DNA from: an uncultured Candidatus Rokubacteria bacterium
Lineage (GTDB): Bacteria; Methylomirabilota; Methylomirabilia; Rokubacteriales; DASRDR01
DNA: 64,000 bases
Reading direction: 5' to 3'
Assembly (NCBI GenBank): GCA_963708025.1
Contig: CAVPSB010000014.1
Span: 480,001-544,000 of the forward strand
Translations under genes and position numbers: made by a program
In this document: piece after piece, positions 10,020 through 22,182 of the stretch
How the letters are laid out: every line of letters begins with the position of its first letter
Position numbering within the stretch: the stretch's first letter is position 1
The notes under the pieces: generated by a model
What the model was told of the DNA's origin: nothing
What the model saw: only the letters and a program-made list of their open reading frames with translations
The model's database searches: none

Positions 10020-10890
10020 TCACCCCGCTTGGGCGCGGCTCTTCCTTTGCCACGGGACTCGCCCTGCCGGTGTCGAACCCTCACCAAACAGCAAACAGCT
10101 GCAGCTTCCCGAGCGCGCATGGTGCCGGTCGGGACCTGGCGGTCCTTCCGCTGCGCGAGAGGCCGGTCGGCTTGGTTCGCGCTCACCGATCCCGCGCGCA
10201 CGGCATCGACCAGGTCGGGCGGCCGTTCCCGGACGATCCGGTCCAGCTGCCGGGTGGCTCGCTCGCTCATCCCGACCGTCCGTCCTCGCCCACGCTGCGT
10301 GGGGACCGTCGGACCCGAGCCCGCGACGCGTCCACGCCGGAGGTTGGCCGCGCGTCGGTTCACGACGCTGAGCTGGACCTCGGCCTGGGTCAGATCGAGG
10401 ATCAGCCGCCGGAGGTGGGGGGCGTCGATGCGCCGCCGGCCGGCGTCGAGGGCCGCCCTCGTGCTCTCGAGCTGCATGCGGTCGCTCTGCGAGCCCGCCT
10501 CGGGTACGGCGACGAGTCGGACCGGGACCTCCGTCAGGCCGAACGCCCGTGCCAACTCGAGCCGATGCACGCGGTCCACGACGCGCCCGTCCGGCAGGAT
10601 CAGCAACGGGTCCCGGACGCCGGACTCCTTCAGGAGCTGCCGCAGCATCTCCCAGCTCGGCGTTCCGCGGAACGAGGGGATCTCGATGAAGCGGGGCGCA
10701 TACGGTCTGAGCCCTACGACTGACCGCCACTGGATGGGGCCGACCCGGTCGGCGGAGAGCTCCGATGCCCATACCGGGACGGGGATGGCGCCGCCAGGCC
10801 GCCGCCCCCGTCGGGCTCCAGGACTTCCCCGGAGGGTATGGGCGGGGCGTTGCCGCCGAATGCCGGGGCCAGGGAGAGCGGCTCGCTCAT
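10020..10890 (-). CDS. ParB-like N-terminal domain plus HTH protein (frameshifted, ends uncertain)
   Basis: SGVRDPLLILPDGRVVDRVHRLELARAFGLTEVPV and VGMSERATRQLDRIVRE..DLVDAVRAGSVSANQA. Confidence 0.6.
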
Positions 10891-10917
10891 AGTCAGGATG
10901 CCCTCGATGACTACTCG

Positions 10918-11273
10918 TCAGTCCGGTCCCGCGGACGCCGGGGTCCGCCATGGGAGAGATGGGAACGTGACCCGATGGCCGGCACCCCCGATATCGGCGC
11001 AACCGGTGGGCGCTCGGTGCGCCCCCTCGAGCCGCTGGGAGAGGAGCCGACGCGATGTCGCGACCATTGCGCGGATCTCCTCCACTGGCCGGTCGAGGAG
11101 GCGACCGATCTGGTGGGCGGATCGGGCGACATCGTCCTCGAGGCCCCAGTGGAGGGACAGGACGTGCTGGACCTCGGACGACAGAGCCTCGAAGGCGGCG
11201 CGTAGCCGCTCGCGCTCGATGCCTGCGGAGGCGTCTCCGGTCTACGCTGCCGCCGTTGTCGCTCGGTCGCCAT
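10918..11273 (-). CDS. Small sigma-70 region-4-like HTH protein (frameshift near 11221; not in the ORF track)
   Basis: Manual translation IERERLRAAFEALSSEVQHVLSLHWGLEDDVARSAHQIGRLLDRPVEEIRAMVATSRRLL; GGGAGG precedes the ATG at 11273. Confidence 0.55.
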
Positions 11274-11362
11274 GCCTCCCTTTCCGGGAGGCTGGCACCT
11301 CCGACCGCCCACACGTCGCTACGTCCGGGCCACCCTCCCGGGGCAGGATGCCCGACCGGGCA

Positions 11363-11478
11363 GGTGATCACGATGACCGATCTCGGTGATCACGACACCG
11401 ATCCCGGTGGTCATGATCGACCGATCTGGGTGATCACGATGGACCGATCCTGGTGCTCACGATGGGCCAAGACGCGCA
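11363..11478. mobile_element. Orphan IS21-family-like terminal repeat array
   Basis: Five 21-23 bp units GGTGATCACGATG(G)ACCGATC ending in ...ACGCGCA; no istA/istB nearby. Confidence 0.6.
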
Positions 11479-11661
11479 CAAGGTCCGCGTCACTACAGCG
11501 TCCCCGTCGTCTAGGCTAGCCTACTAGGACCCGAGATTTTCAATGGGCGGGCGGCGCCTGCACTTCCAGATACTTCCGGCCGGCTTTGGACGTCGGGTTG
11601 TAGCTCTCGTGACAGTTCTGCCATAATCCCGAGGGGATGGCCGACACGGCTTCGGTCGGTC

Positions 11662-14600
11662 ATGACCACCCTGGCTCTCCACAAGCCATGGGGCTACGGC
11701 CAAGGGGGCTTCGCCTCACATATGCTCGTAGCTGAACCGGACATTCCGCGGCCGCCACGTCGTGCACCGGGTAGGCCGCATCGCGTCGTCTCCGCATGTC
11801 TGGTTTCCTTGCGCTTCGCGGGCCGGAGCGCCCGGTCGGCTCTCCTGGCCCTCATGGCGCTCGGTCTGCTCGCCCCCGGTACCCTGGTGGCGGAGGAGCC
11901 AGGATCCCCGAAGGCCGTTCTCATCCTGCTCCCGGACCAGCCGACCCTTCCAGGGACCCAGCTCCTGCTGGCCGGGATACGCGGGCCGCTCGTCACGACC
12001 TGGGGGTCCCGCGTCAGCATCTACAGCGAACACGTGGACATCGAACGCTACCAGGGGGCGGACGTCGAGCGCAGGGTTCGTGATGCGTTCCAAGCCAAGT
12101 ACGCGGGCGTGCCGCTCGATGCCATCGTCGCCTTTCAACCCTCCCCGCTCGGGTTCCTGGCCCGCTGGGGCCGTGACCTCTGGCCCGGGGTGCCGGTCGT
12201 GGTGGCCGGGGTGGACGAGCTCTTGCTGACCCGGCTCGAGCTTCCTCCAAGGGTGGCCGCCATCCCGATGCGGTACGACGTCGAGGGCACGGTGCGCCTG
12301 GCCCTCCGCCTGCTGCCGGAGACCCGGCGAGTGGCGTTGATCAGCGGCGTGTCGCCGCAGAATCGGCACTTCGCCGACCTGCACCGGGAGCGGCTTCGAG
12401 CCTTCGGCGACCGGATGGAGCTGATCGACCTGACCGGCCTGAGCCTGGAGGAGATGCTGACGCGCGTCGCCGCGCTTCCCGAACACTCGATCCTCTTGGT
12501 GTCTCTGGTCTGGATCGACGGTGCCGGGCGATCCCTCGTCGGGCTCGACCTCCTGCCCCGGGTGTCGGCCGCGGCCAACCGCCCCGTGTTCTCCGTGTTC
12601 GGCCCGACGGTTGGGGCCGGCGCCGTGGGGGGCTCGATGGTCGACCTCCTGGAGCTGAGCGCGGAAGCGGGCCGGGTCGCGGTGCGCGTCCTGCGCGGCG
12701 AGGCGGTGCCGCCGTCGGAGGCCAGCCAGGTGAGCCAGCAGGTCGTCGTTGACTGGCGCCAGCTCCGGCGCTGGGGGCTCGACGAGCACCGGCTGCCGCC
12801 CGGCGCGCTGGTGCTCCACCGCGAGCCGACCCTGTGGGAGCAATACCGCTGGGCGGTCGTCTCGTCCCTGGGTGTTCTGGTCAGCCAGACGCTCGTCGTC
12901 GTGGCGCTGCTCTTCGAGCGGCGCCGGCGGCGGCGCGCGCAGGTCGCACTCGAGGACCGCCTGCGCTTCGAGACGCTGCTGACCGAGATCTCCACCGGCT
13001 TCGCCGACCCGCCGGGCGGCGTGCTGCGGGAGCCCGACCGAACACTCCGTCCGACGAACGGCGTCGAGGAGCAGGTCCGCGAAGGCCTCCGCCGGATCGC
13101 CGAAGGGCTCGGCGCGGAGGGCGCGAGCCTCTGGCGGTTCTCGACCGCAGGAGCGTCTCTCGCCGTGTCGTGGTCGCAGGAGGGGCTCAGCGCACCGCCC
13201 TCTGAGATCTCGCTCGATGACTATCCCTTCCTGCGGACGAGGGTGATGCGTGGAGAGGCCCTGCGGTTCCGGAGTCTGGACGAGCTGCCACCCGAGGCGG
13301 GCGTCGATCGGCAGAGTCTCTTGCGACTGGGGGTCCGGTCGTTGGTCGTGGTCCCGTTTGAAGCCACGAGCGCGGAGCCCCGCGCGACCGCCTGCCTGAC
13401 GCTGCGGAATGGGGAGACCTGGCCGGACGACGTCGTCCAGCGGCTTCGGACGGTCGGAGAGATGTTCGCGGGCGCCCTGGCCCGGGCCCAGGCGGTGGCC
13501 GCGCTGAGCGAGAGCGAGGCGCGGTTTCGCTCCATGGCGGATACCGCGCCCGTGCTTATCTGGATGTCCGGTCTCGACAAGGGCTGCACGTTCTTCAACA
13601 AGGGCTGGCTGGACTTCACGGGACGCACCATGGCGAGTGAACTGGGCAGTGGTTGGGTCGAGGGCGTGCATCCCGATGATGTCAACCGCTGTCTCGAAAC
13701 GTGTGTCAGCGCCTTCGACCGTTGACAATCGTTCGCGACGGAATACCGCCTGCGCAGGCACGATGGGGAGTACCGCACCATCGTGGACAAGGGCGTGCCG
13801 CGGTTCGCGCCGGACGGGACATTTCTCGGGTACATCGGGTGCGGCGACGACATCACCGAGCGCAAGCGAGGCGAGGAGCTGCGACGGCAGGTGCTGGAAG
13901 CGGCTCCAAACGCGATGATCATGGTCAACCAGGAGGGCCGGATCACCCTGGTGAACGCCGCCGCGGAGACGGTCTTCGGCTACGCCCGCGAGGAGCTCAT
14001 CGGGTCTGCCATCGAGATCCTGATCCCCGAGCGCTTCCGGTCTGACCACCCGCGCGATCGCACCCACTACTTCGCCGATCCCACGGTGCGGATGATGGGG
14101 GCGGGGCGCGAGCTCTACGGTCGTCGCAAGGACGGTAGCGCGATTCCGGTCGAGATCGGGCTCACGCCCGTCCAGACACCGGAAGGGCTGTTCGTGCTGG
14201 CGTCCGTCGTCGACATCACCAGGCGAAAAGCCGCCGAACTGGAGGAGCAGCGGCGTCGCGCGGAGCTCGCCCACGCGGCGCGCATCTCCACCATGGGCGA
14301 GCTGGCGGCGTCGCTGGCGCACGAGCTGAACCAGCCGCTCACGGCGATCCTGGCGAACGCCCAGACCGCCCAGGAGTGGCTCGCGGCCCCCGCCCCCGAC
14401 CTCGCGGAGCTCCGGGACATGGTGGACGACATCGTCGCCGAGAACATCCGGGCGAGCGAGGTGATCCGGCGGATGCGTGCGATGCTCAAGAAGGGCGAGC
14501 TCCGCTCGGACGCCGTTCGACCTCAATGAAATCGTCCGCGAGGTCACGCGGCTGATCGCCAACGACGCCCTGCTCCGCGGCGCCTCGATTGACCTCGACC

Positions 14601-15004
14601 TGTCGCCGGCGCTGTCGAGGGTCCGGGGCGACGCCGTCCAGTTCCAGCAGGTCCTGCTGAACCTGCTCGTCAACGGACTCCACGCGGTGGCCGATGAACC
14701 CCCGCACCGGCGCCGGTTGATCGTCCGCACCGCCGGCGTGGACGGCGGCGTCGAGGTGTCGGTGCGGGACACGGGCAAGGGGATCGCCGAGAGCGACCTC
14801 CCCCAGGTCTTCACGCCGTTCTTCACTACGAAGGGCGAGGGCCTCGGGGTCGGACTGTCCATCAGCCAGTCGATCGTCGAGACGTTCGGCGGCCGGATCT
14901 GGGCCGAGAACGAGCCCGATGGCGGCGCGATCTTCCGGATCCGCCTGCCGGCCGGCGCGACCGCAGCCGGGCCACCGGGACGCACCGCTGATCTTCCTGG
15001 TTGA
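11662..15004 (+). CDS. Sensor histidine kinase (periplasmic ABC-binding-like domain, TM, GAF, two PAS, HisKA/HATPase); frameshifts near 13722 and 14510
   Basis: ORFs 11662..13725, 13783..14529 and 14477..15004; [43 protein letters not shown]. Confidence 0.85.
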
Positions 15005-15584
15005 CGACGACGCGGGCGTCCGCAAGGCGCTCGCGCGCCTCCTCAGGTCGGCCGGCCACGAGGTCGAAGCGTTCGCCTCGGCCCGCGAGTTCCTCGCCCG
15101 CGAGCGGTACGATGGGCCCGGCTGCCTGGTCCTCGACCTCCGGATGCCGGAGATGACGGGCCTCGAGCTGCAGGACGCTCTGGAGCGCGCTGGTCACACT
15201 ATCCCGGTCGTCTTCATCAGCGGTCACGGAGACATCCCGGCGAGCGTGCAGGCCATGAAGGCCGGGGCGACGGACTTCCTCACCAAGCCGGTGCAGAACC
15301 GTCATCTCCTCGCGGCCATCGAGCAGGCCCTGGCCCGCGCCGCGGCGGCCCGGGCCGACCGGGCCGAGCGGGACGCGGCCCGGGCGCGCATGGCGGGCCT
15401 GACCCCACGCGAGCGCCAGGTGTGCGCGCTGGTGGCCACCGGCCTGCTGAACAAGCAGATCGCCGCCGAGCTCGGAACCGGCGAGAAGAACATCAAGCTG
15501 CACCGGGCCCACGTCATGCAGAAGCTCGGCGTGGGCTCGGTCGCCGAGCTGGTCCGCCTCGTAGACCGCGCCGGTCTCGCCTGA
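14919..15584 (+). CDS. FixJ/NarL-family response regulator (REC plus LuxR HTH); start uncertain
   Basis: LVDDD..VR, CLVLDLRMP, DFLTKP, LTPRERQV..LLNKQIA. Confidence 0.9.
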   Translation: MAARSSGSACRPARPQPGHRDAPLIFLVDDDAGVRKALARLLRSAGHEVEAFASAREFLARERYDGPGCLVLDLRMPEMTGLELQDALERAGHTIPVVFISGHGDIPASVQAMKAGATDFLTKPVQNRHLLAAIEQALARAAAARADRAERDAARARMAGLTPRERQVCALVATGLLNKQIAAELGTGEKNIKLHRAHVMQKLGVGSVAELVRLVDRAGLA

Positions 15585-15704
15585 CCCTCGCGGGCTCCCG
15601 CGGGTCAGGCGGCCCTCCCGGGCCGGGCAAAGCGGGCGAGAGTGCTCCGAGTCGTGGCTCGAGCGTAGCTCGGGTCCCGTCCGGTCCGCCCGTCGGCCCG
15701 GGCG

Positions 15705-16082
15705 CTAGCCCTTCGCCGTGGGCGTGATCGCGTGCCTGACAGCCTCCACCAGCCTGTCCCGGTCGAGCGGCTTGCGCAGCCAGGTGACGAATCCTGCGCT
15801 CCGAGATGTCTCGCGAGCGCCCGGGTCATCGCCCGCCGTGATGAAGACGATGGGGATCGCCACCCCATCCTCGAGCAGGGCCTGCCTCAGCTCCACGCCG
15901 CTCATCCCCGTCAGTTTGACATCGAGGACGAGGCAGTCCGGGGTGGATCCGGGCGAGTGCGCGAGGAACTCCTCGGCGGACTCGAATGGCGTCACCGTGA
16001 AGCCCGCGGCCCGCAGGAGGCGGGCGAGAGCCTTCCGAACCGCCGCGTCATCATCGACGAGCGCGACAGTGTGTGCGGTCAT
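15705..16082 (-). CDS. Single-domain response regulator receiver
   Basis: ALVDDDAAVRKAL, CLVLDVKL, ITA, LRKP. Confidence 0.85.
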   Translation of the reverse strand: MTAHTVALVDDDAAVRKALARLLRAAGFTVTPFESAEEFLAHSPGSTPDCLVLDVKLTGMSGVELRQALLEDGVAIPIVFITAGDDPGARETSRSAGFVTWLRKPLDRDRLVEAVRHAITPTAKG

Positions 16083-16410
16083 GCGGCTACCATCCAAGGC
16101 CATGGTCAGATATCCGCGAGGTGCCCGCTACTGGACCAAAGTCCAGTTGATGTCCCTCCGCCGGGATGCGAGAACTGACGTTCACAGAATACGGTCGAGT
16201 AGGGACACGTGAGACGACCCGCTTGCCGCTGATCGGCGCGTGAGTCGCGACAACGGACGGCGTCCGGGCAATTGCGGCGTGGCAAGGCGTTGCCCAAGTT
16301 CGAGCATGCGAACTAACGGCTGGGCTACGACGACGGAGGGGTGGCCCCCCCGCGTCGGGCGCCGCCGAGCCAACCAGGTACCAACGACCGACAGGACGAG
16401 GAGCAGTCAG

Positions 16411-17110
16411 ATGAAGCGCATTCGCGGATGGCAGATGGCGATGGTGATCACTCTCCTGACGCTCGGCGCCGCGGCGCCGGCCTCGGCGGAATGGTTCGCC
16501 GACCTCTACGTCGGCGGCGCGATCTACACGGACCCCACCATCGAGACGAACGTCCAGACGGCCGCCGGCAGCGTCTCGCGCGAGAGGACCAAGGCAGAAG
16601 CCGACAACGATGTCACCTTCGGCGGTCGCTTCGGCTACTGGCTGGAAAGCCTTCCCTGGCTCGGCTTCGCGAGCGACGTCTCCTACTTTCGAGCCGGAGT
16701 ATCACCCCCAGGGCGGGAGTGGCGCCCTCATCAAGGCCAAGCTCCGGGTGGTCCCGATCACGCCCCTGGTGATGCTGCGGCTGCCGCTGCTCCAGAGCCC
16801 CGAGTATCCGGCCGGCCGGCTCCAGCCGTACGTGGCCGCCGGCCCGGGATTCTTCGTGCTCGACACGACGGTCCGGGTCGCGTCCGGCTTGGGGCCGCAA
16901 GAAGTCTCGGAGACCGGCGTGGACATCGGCGCGGATCTTCGAGCCGGTGTCGCCTGGAACTTCACCCCGAACTGGGCGATCTTCGGCGAGTACCGGTTCA
17001 CCCACTTTTCCGTCTCGCCGAGCCGCAACACCCCGGGGGGGCGCATCTCCACCGACTTCGACATCGACACCAACTCCTTCCTGGCCGGGATCAGCTACCG
17101 CTGGCGATAG
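16411..17110 (+). CDS. Outer-membrane beta-barrel protein (frameshift near 16690)
   Basis: Signal peptide, AEWFADLYVG, LQPYVAAGPG, FGEYRF, C-terminal GISYRW. Confidence 0.75.
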
Positions 17111-17217
17111 CGCCTCGTAGTGCTGGACATAAGCTCCCGGCCTCGATGAGGCCGGGAGCGAGCTGAGGACGACATGACGGGAAGCAAGCTGGCCTGGTCG
17201 AGCGGGCGAGGGACTCG

Positions 17218-18147
17218 GTGACGGACATCGGGCGATGGGCTTGCCTCGGACTGATGACCATGGTCCTGGCGCTGCTCCCGTCGCGCGGCCATGCGGACGA
17301 ACCGGGGACGCGGGGCCGCGGGTTCGGGCTGCTCGAGTCCACCGCTGGAGGCGACCCCGCATCCGTGGTCGGCCAGAGCACCATCGCCTCGCCGATGCCC
17401 GGGTCCGTGCTGATCGCCCAGGCCGGCGGAACGGGGCCGGAGGTGGGACCGGACGCGCCGGCCGAGGGGTGGCAGTTCCGTCTGGCTCCCTATCTCTGGG
17501 CGCCGCGCACCAAGATGACGCTCGACGTGGGCCGGCTCAGCCAGTTCGACCACCATCGACTTCGTGGACATCGTCCCTCAGCTCCATTTCGCCTTCGCCG
17601 CTCACGTCGAGGCCACGCGGCGAGAGTGGACCGGGTTCCTCGACCTCCTGTACATGAGCGTGGGCCAGAGCGAGACACACGGCGGCATCCCCGTGAGCCT
17701 GGGCCTCCAGCAGGGGCTCTTCGAGTTCGGCGGGACGTACCGCCTCGGCCCCGTGTCGCTGGGCCGGGCGGGCCGGCTCACGTTCGAGCCGCTGGCCGGC
17801 GGCCGCTTCATCTGGGTGCACGGGTCGCTCGGCTTCCCGAACCAGAAGGTCTCGGACAGCGCCAGCGTGATCGACCCGATGGTCGGGGGCCGCATCACCT
17901 ACCACATCACGGACACGGTGGCGCTCTGGTTCCGCGGGGACGTGGCGGGCTTCGGGATCTCCGACAGCCAGACGAAGCTCACGTACAACCTCATCGCGGG
18001 GCGTCGAATGGCGGTTCCGCCACGCGTCCGCCCTGGCTGGCTGGCGCTACATGAACATCGATGTCGAGAAGGGCAGCGGGTCGAGGACCTTCAATGCGGA
18101 CATCGAGATGTACGGGGCCGTTCCTCGGGCTCAACATCCACTTCTGA
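17218..18147 (+). CDS. Outer-membrane beta-barrel protein (several frameshifts)
   Basis: WQFRLAPYLWAP, DPMVGGR, FRGDVAGFG; terminal FLGLNIHF* with C-terminal Phe. Confidence 0.7.
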
Positions 18148-18233
18148 ATCGCGGGGTCCGTCGAGGAGCGCGGGTCGAGAAGCCTGTTGGCCATGAAACA
18201 GGGACCGGCACGGCTCGTCGCTGGAGGCCACTG

Positions 18234-19655
18234 ATGAGATCGATCACGCGCGCAGCCGCCGCACTGTGTCTTGGGGCCATGACGGCGTTTCCGCTAGCCG
18301 CCGGCGCGGAGGAGGCCCCATCGCTGGGCGCGGTGGAGGCGGTCCGCATCGCCATGGACGCGTACATCTACGGCTACCCCCTGGTCACCTTCGACATGGC
18401 CCGCAAGCAGCAGACCAACGTGGCCACGCCGGACGCCGAGCACGCCCCGATGGGGCAAGTGATCAAGATGCGGTCGTATCCCGCGGTGGACAACCACTGC
18501 TGCGCCGCCCCCAACGCCGACACGCTGTACACCGAGGTCTGGCTCGATGTCTCCAAGGAGCCCTGGGTCGTCGGCATTCCCGACATGGGCGACCGCTACT
18601 ACATCGTGCCGATGCTCGACGGGTGGTCGGAGGTGTTCGAGGTGGCGGGCTCGCGCACGACGGGCGGGAAGCCCCAGACGTACGCCATCACCGGTCCGGG
18701 CTGGTCGGGCGCGCTCCCGAAGGATGTGACGCAGGTCAAGTCGCCCACCGGGATGGTCTGGATCCTCGGGCGCATCTACAGCACCGGCACGCCCGAGGAC
18801 TACAAGGCGGTGCACGCCCTGCAGGACAGGTTCTCGGTCGTTCCGCTGAGCGCCTACGGCAAGCCGTACACGCCGCCGCCGGGCGTCGTCGATCCCGGCT
18901 TCGACATGAAGACGTCGGTGCGCAAGCAGGTCAACGCCCTGGACATCGAGGTCTATTTCACCCACCTCGCACAGCTGATGAAGACCAATCCGCCGACCGC
19001 GCAGGATGCGCCGATGGTCGCGCGCATGGCCAGGATCGGGTTGGTCCCGGGGCAGGACTTCGACCCGAGCAAGCTGAGTGTCCTCGACCGAGAGGCCATC
19101 AGGATCGTTCCGAAGCTCGCGCTTCTGGAGATGGGGCTGCACCTGAAGCGGCAGAAGACGACCAACGGATGGCTGTACTTCACCAAGGGCGTGGGCAACT
19201 TCGGCACCGACTACCTGGTGCGGGGCATGGCCAACCTCCTCGGCCCCGGCTGGAACCGCCCGCAGGACGCCGTGTATCCGCTCTCGCAGAAGGATGCGAA
19301 CGGCGACGAGTACGACGGCGCGAAGCACCGGTACGTCATGCGCTTCGAGAAGGGCAAGCTGCCGCCCGCCGAGGCCTTCTGGTCGCTGACGATGTACGAC
19401 GCCGACTTCTTCTTCGTGCCGAATCCGATCGATCGCTACGACCTCGCCCAGCGCGACACGCTGATCGCCAATCCGGACGGCTCGGTGGACCTGTACCTCC
19501 AGGCGGACTCGCCGGGCAAGGACAAGGAGCCGAACTGGCTGCCCGCGCCGAAGGGCAAGTTCAGTCCTGGTGATGCGCATCTACTCGCCCCGGGACACGC
19601 CGCCGTCGATCCTCGACGGTTCTGGACGCCGCCGCCGGTGAAGCGCGTGCCGTAG
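18234..19655 (+). CDS. DUF1254/DUF1214 exported protein
   Basis: AYIYGYPLV, PNADTLY, FWSLTMY, NPDGSVDLY, NWLPAP. Confidence 0.9.
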   Translation: MRSITRAAAALCLGAMTAFPLAAGAEEAPSLGAVEAVRIAMDAYIYGYPLVTFDMARKQQTNVATPDAEHAPMGQVIKMRSYPAVDNHCCAAPNADTLYTEVWLDVSKEPWVVGIPDMGDRYYIVPMLDGWSEVFEVAGSRTTGGKPQTYAITGPGWSGALPKDVTQVKSPTGMVWILGRIYSTGTPEDYKAVHALQDRFSVVPLSAYGKPYTPPPGVVDPGFDMKTSVRKQVNALDIEVYFTHLAQLMKTNPPTAQDAPMVARMARIGLVPGQDFDPSKLSVLDREAIRIVPKLALLEMGLHLKRQKTTNGWLYFTKGVGNFGTDYLVRGMANLLGPGWNRPQDAVYPLSQKDANGDEYDGAKHRYVMRFEKGKLPPAEAFWSLTMYDADFFFVPNPIDRYDLAQRDTLIANPDGSVDLYLQADSPGKDKEPNWLPAPKGKFSPGDAHLLAPGHAAVDPRRFWTPPPVKRVP

Positions 19656-19838
19656 CGGTTGGCACATGCCATCGGCGGAACAGCTCGGCCACCGCCCTCC
19701 AGAATCGTCGCGAAAGGTGAGCTGTGGATGCAAAGGGCCAAAGGACTGCGGGCGCAGCTCGCCAGCGCCAGTGAACGAGGCCTTGCGAAGGCGGCGCCGA
19801 GATCGCAAACGCCGACGTTCTGACGCAAGGAGAGAACC

Positions 19839-20630
19839 ATGGAAACCAGGAAGAAGATCAAGTGGGCGATCGGCATCGTCGCCGCCCTCGTCGTCGTCGC
19901 CGCCCTCGTCGTGTATCCCAAGCTGGTCGTGACCCTGCCGAACGACGGCGCTGACGCCAAGCCGTTCACCTTCAAGGACGTGCGCGGGCACCGCTACACC
20001 GAGATGTTCCTCATCGGCGGGAACGCGATCACCAAGGACCTCAAGGCGAACGTCTACAACACCTGGGGTCTCAACGGCGGCGCCACCACCGGGGATTCAT
20101 GTCCCGCGGCGCTGCTGGACAAGGTCGATGTCAAGTCGGTGAAGGAGCAGTACGGTGTGCTTGCCTCGTACAAGAACGGTCCCCGCCTGTGGACGCTGGA
20201 CTGGATCGAGGTCGAGATGGGCAAGGAGCTGGACTTCGGCGGCATGAAAGCACGATGGGTGAACTGGCTGGACATGAAGGGCATCAGCACGGAGCCGGGT
20301 GCCGCCGACTACAAGAACATCACCGTCGGGCGCCACACCAAGTTCGGCTTCGACAAGGGCAAGCAGGTATTCATCCTGGATGACCCGGAGGGCAACTCGT
20401 GGGCCATGAAGTCCTTCAGCCTCATCACCCATCCCGATCAGAAGTTCGAGGAGGCCGGGACCCTCGGCAGCCGCCTGAAGCTTCCCCCGGGCTGGAAGTT
20501 CCGGGCGCCGGTGCTCGAGCAGGACCTGATCCTCACTCCGGACAAGGACGGCATCGCTCACATCACGCAGGATGACTTCGGCAACACCTACGACCGCGTG
20601 GGCGGCCCCTACAGCAACTACAAGCCATAG
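19839..20630 (+). CDS. Conserved hypothetical membrane-anchored protein
   Basis: RBS, N-terminal TM, intact 263-aa ORF with strong codon bias (LKLPPGWKF, QDDFGNTY). Confidence 0.75.
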   Translation: METRKKIKWAIGIVAALVVVAALVVYPKLVVTLPNDGADAKPFTFKDVRGHRYTEMFLIGGNAITKDLKANVYNTWGLNGGATTGDSCPAALLDKVDVKSVKEQYGVLASYKNGPRLWTLDWIEVEMGKELDFGGMKARWVNWLDMKGISTEPGAADYKNITVGRHTKFGFDKGKQVFILDDPEGNSWAMKSFSLITHPDQKFEEAGTLGSRLKLPPGWKFRAPVLEQDLILTPDKDGIAHITQDDFGNTYDRVGGPYSNYKP

Positions 20631-20677
20631 CCCGAAACCGCACAGACATCGGCGGGGCAAGTGATGAGGAGGCAGCC

Positions 20678-21237
20678 ATGAAGAGCGGAGACCTCGGCAA
20701 ACGTAGGAGGCACTTCCCGATCGGCGTTTCTCCTGGCGGCAGTAGTGTTGTCACTGGCGGCGTGTGCGACGACTACGACGACTTCTTCCGGAGCGCCCCA
20801 GCTCATGTTCGTGCAGACCGCGGAGGATCTCAAGGTAGACCCTGCCGCGAGCACCATCCGGCTGGTGAAGGTCAACCAGCAGACGCTGTACTTCTCGGAT
20901 CGGCCGCAGCGTATCGCCGGGCATCTCACGATGGCCGACTATCTCAAGGAATGGACAGCGAAAGCCGGCAAGGACAATTTTGGCGCAGACCCGCCGAATG
21001 CCGCGCTCTCCGTCTATGAGCCGGGACAACCCGACAATACGCTTGTCGTGGTCAAGATCACCAACCCGGTGGTCGACGGCGCGGACCTCGTCTACAGCTA
21101 CAGCATCATCAGACGGCACGATGCCCGCCAGTGGCGGCGCGACCTCGCTGTTCATCGACTGGATCGGGGTCGGCGGCGGCGTCGGGGCCGGCTTCCACGG
21201 CGTCGGCGTCGGCGGCCGCGGTCTCGGTGTCCGCTAG
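20678..21237 (+). CDS. Hypothetical lipoprotein (frameshifted)
   Basis: LAAC lipobox, LMFVQ, YFSDRPQR, DPPNA. Confidence 0.65.
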
Positions 21238-21379
21238 CTCGGGGCGTTGCATGATCACTCGGCGAGTTTCGATGAGTGAAGGGCGGCGCGCGGTTACGGT
21301 CCTCGCGCTGCGCACGGGCGCGCCTGCCGCGGGGCAGGCGCCGCCGGCCCGGCTGAACCAACCGGAGAAGGAGACCAGG

Positions 21380-22163
21380 ATGAGCACATTGAATTTCAGA
21401 ATGGCCGCAGCATTGTTCGCGCTCGGGGCGCTCGCGCTGTCGGCGACCGTCGCCACAGAGGTCCGGGCACAGGCACCGGCGGTGGATCCGGCCGCCACGC
21501 AGATCCTGAAGCGGATGACCGACTACCTCGGCAGCCTGCAGCAGTTCAGCGTGCATACGCAGAACACCCTCGAGGACGTGCTCGACTCGGGGCACAGGGT
21601 CGATTTCGACGTCTCGGCGAACGTGATCATCAGCCGGCCGAACAAGCTGCGCGCCGAGCGCAAGGGCGATCTGATCGACCAGATCTTCTACTACGATGGC
21701 AAGACGCTGACGCTGTACAACCCGTCCGACAAGGTCTATGCGACGGAGCCTGCACCCGGGACGATCGAGGAGCTGCTCGACTTCGCGCGCGAGTCGCTCG
21801 GGCTCGTCCGTCCCGATCGCCGACCTGGTCTACCGCAACGCCTTCCCGCTGCTGATGCAGGATGTGACCTTTGCGGCGGTGGTCGGCAAGGCGGTCATCG
21901 GCGGGGTCAAGTGCGATCATGTGCTCTTCAGCCGCCCGGGTGTCGACTTCCAGGTATGGGTCGCCGACAGCGGCCAGCCGTTGCCGCGCAAGTATGTCGT
22001 CACCGACACAGGAACCCCCGCGCTGCTGAGCGTCACAACGGTCATGAGCGACTGGAACGTGGCTCCGGCCGTGGCCGATGCCCAGTTCACCTTCGTGCCG
22101 CCCCAGGGGACCAAGCCGATCACGTTCATGCCACTGGATACAACCAGCGGCTCCAGCCGCTGA
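21380..22163 (+). CDS. DUF2092 periplasmic protein (frameshift near 21810)
   Basis: ILKRMTDYL, RPNKL, FYYDGKTLTL, VDFQVWV..G.PLP.KYV, F.F.PP. Confidence 0.8.
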
Positions 22164-22182
22164 CACCAACAGGAGGAAGCAA

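Noticed and set aside
11363-11478. CRISPR array
   Set aside because: The repeats are contiguous with no unique spacers, and no cas operon is present.
11716-14985. Long antisense or alternate-frame ORFs (also 39631..41925, 50801..52921, 55916..58267 and others)
   Set aside because: Shadow ORFs expected in GC-rich DNA opposite well-supported genes; no motifs.
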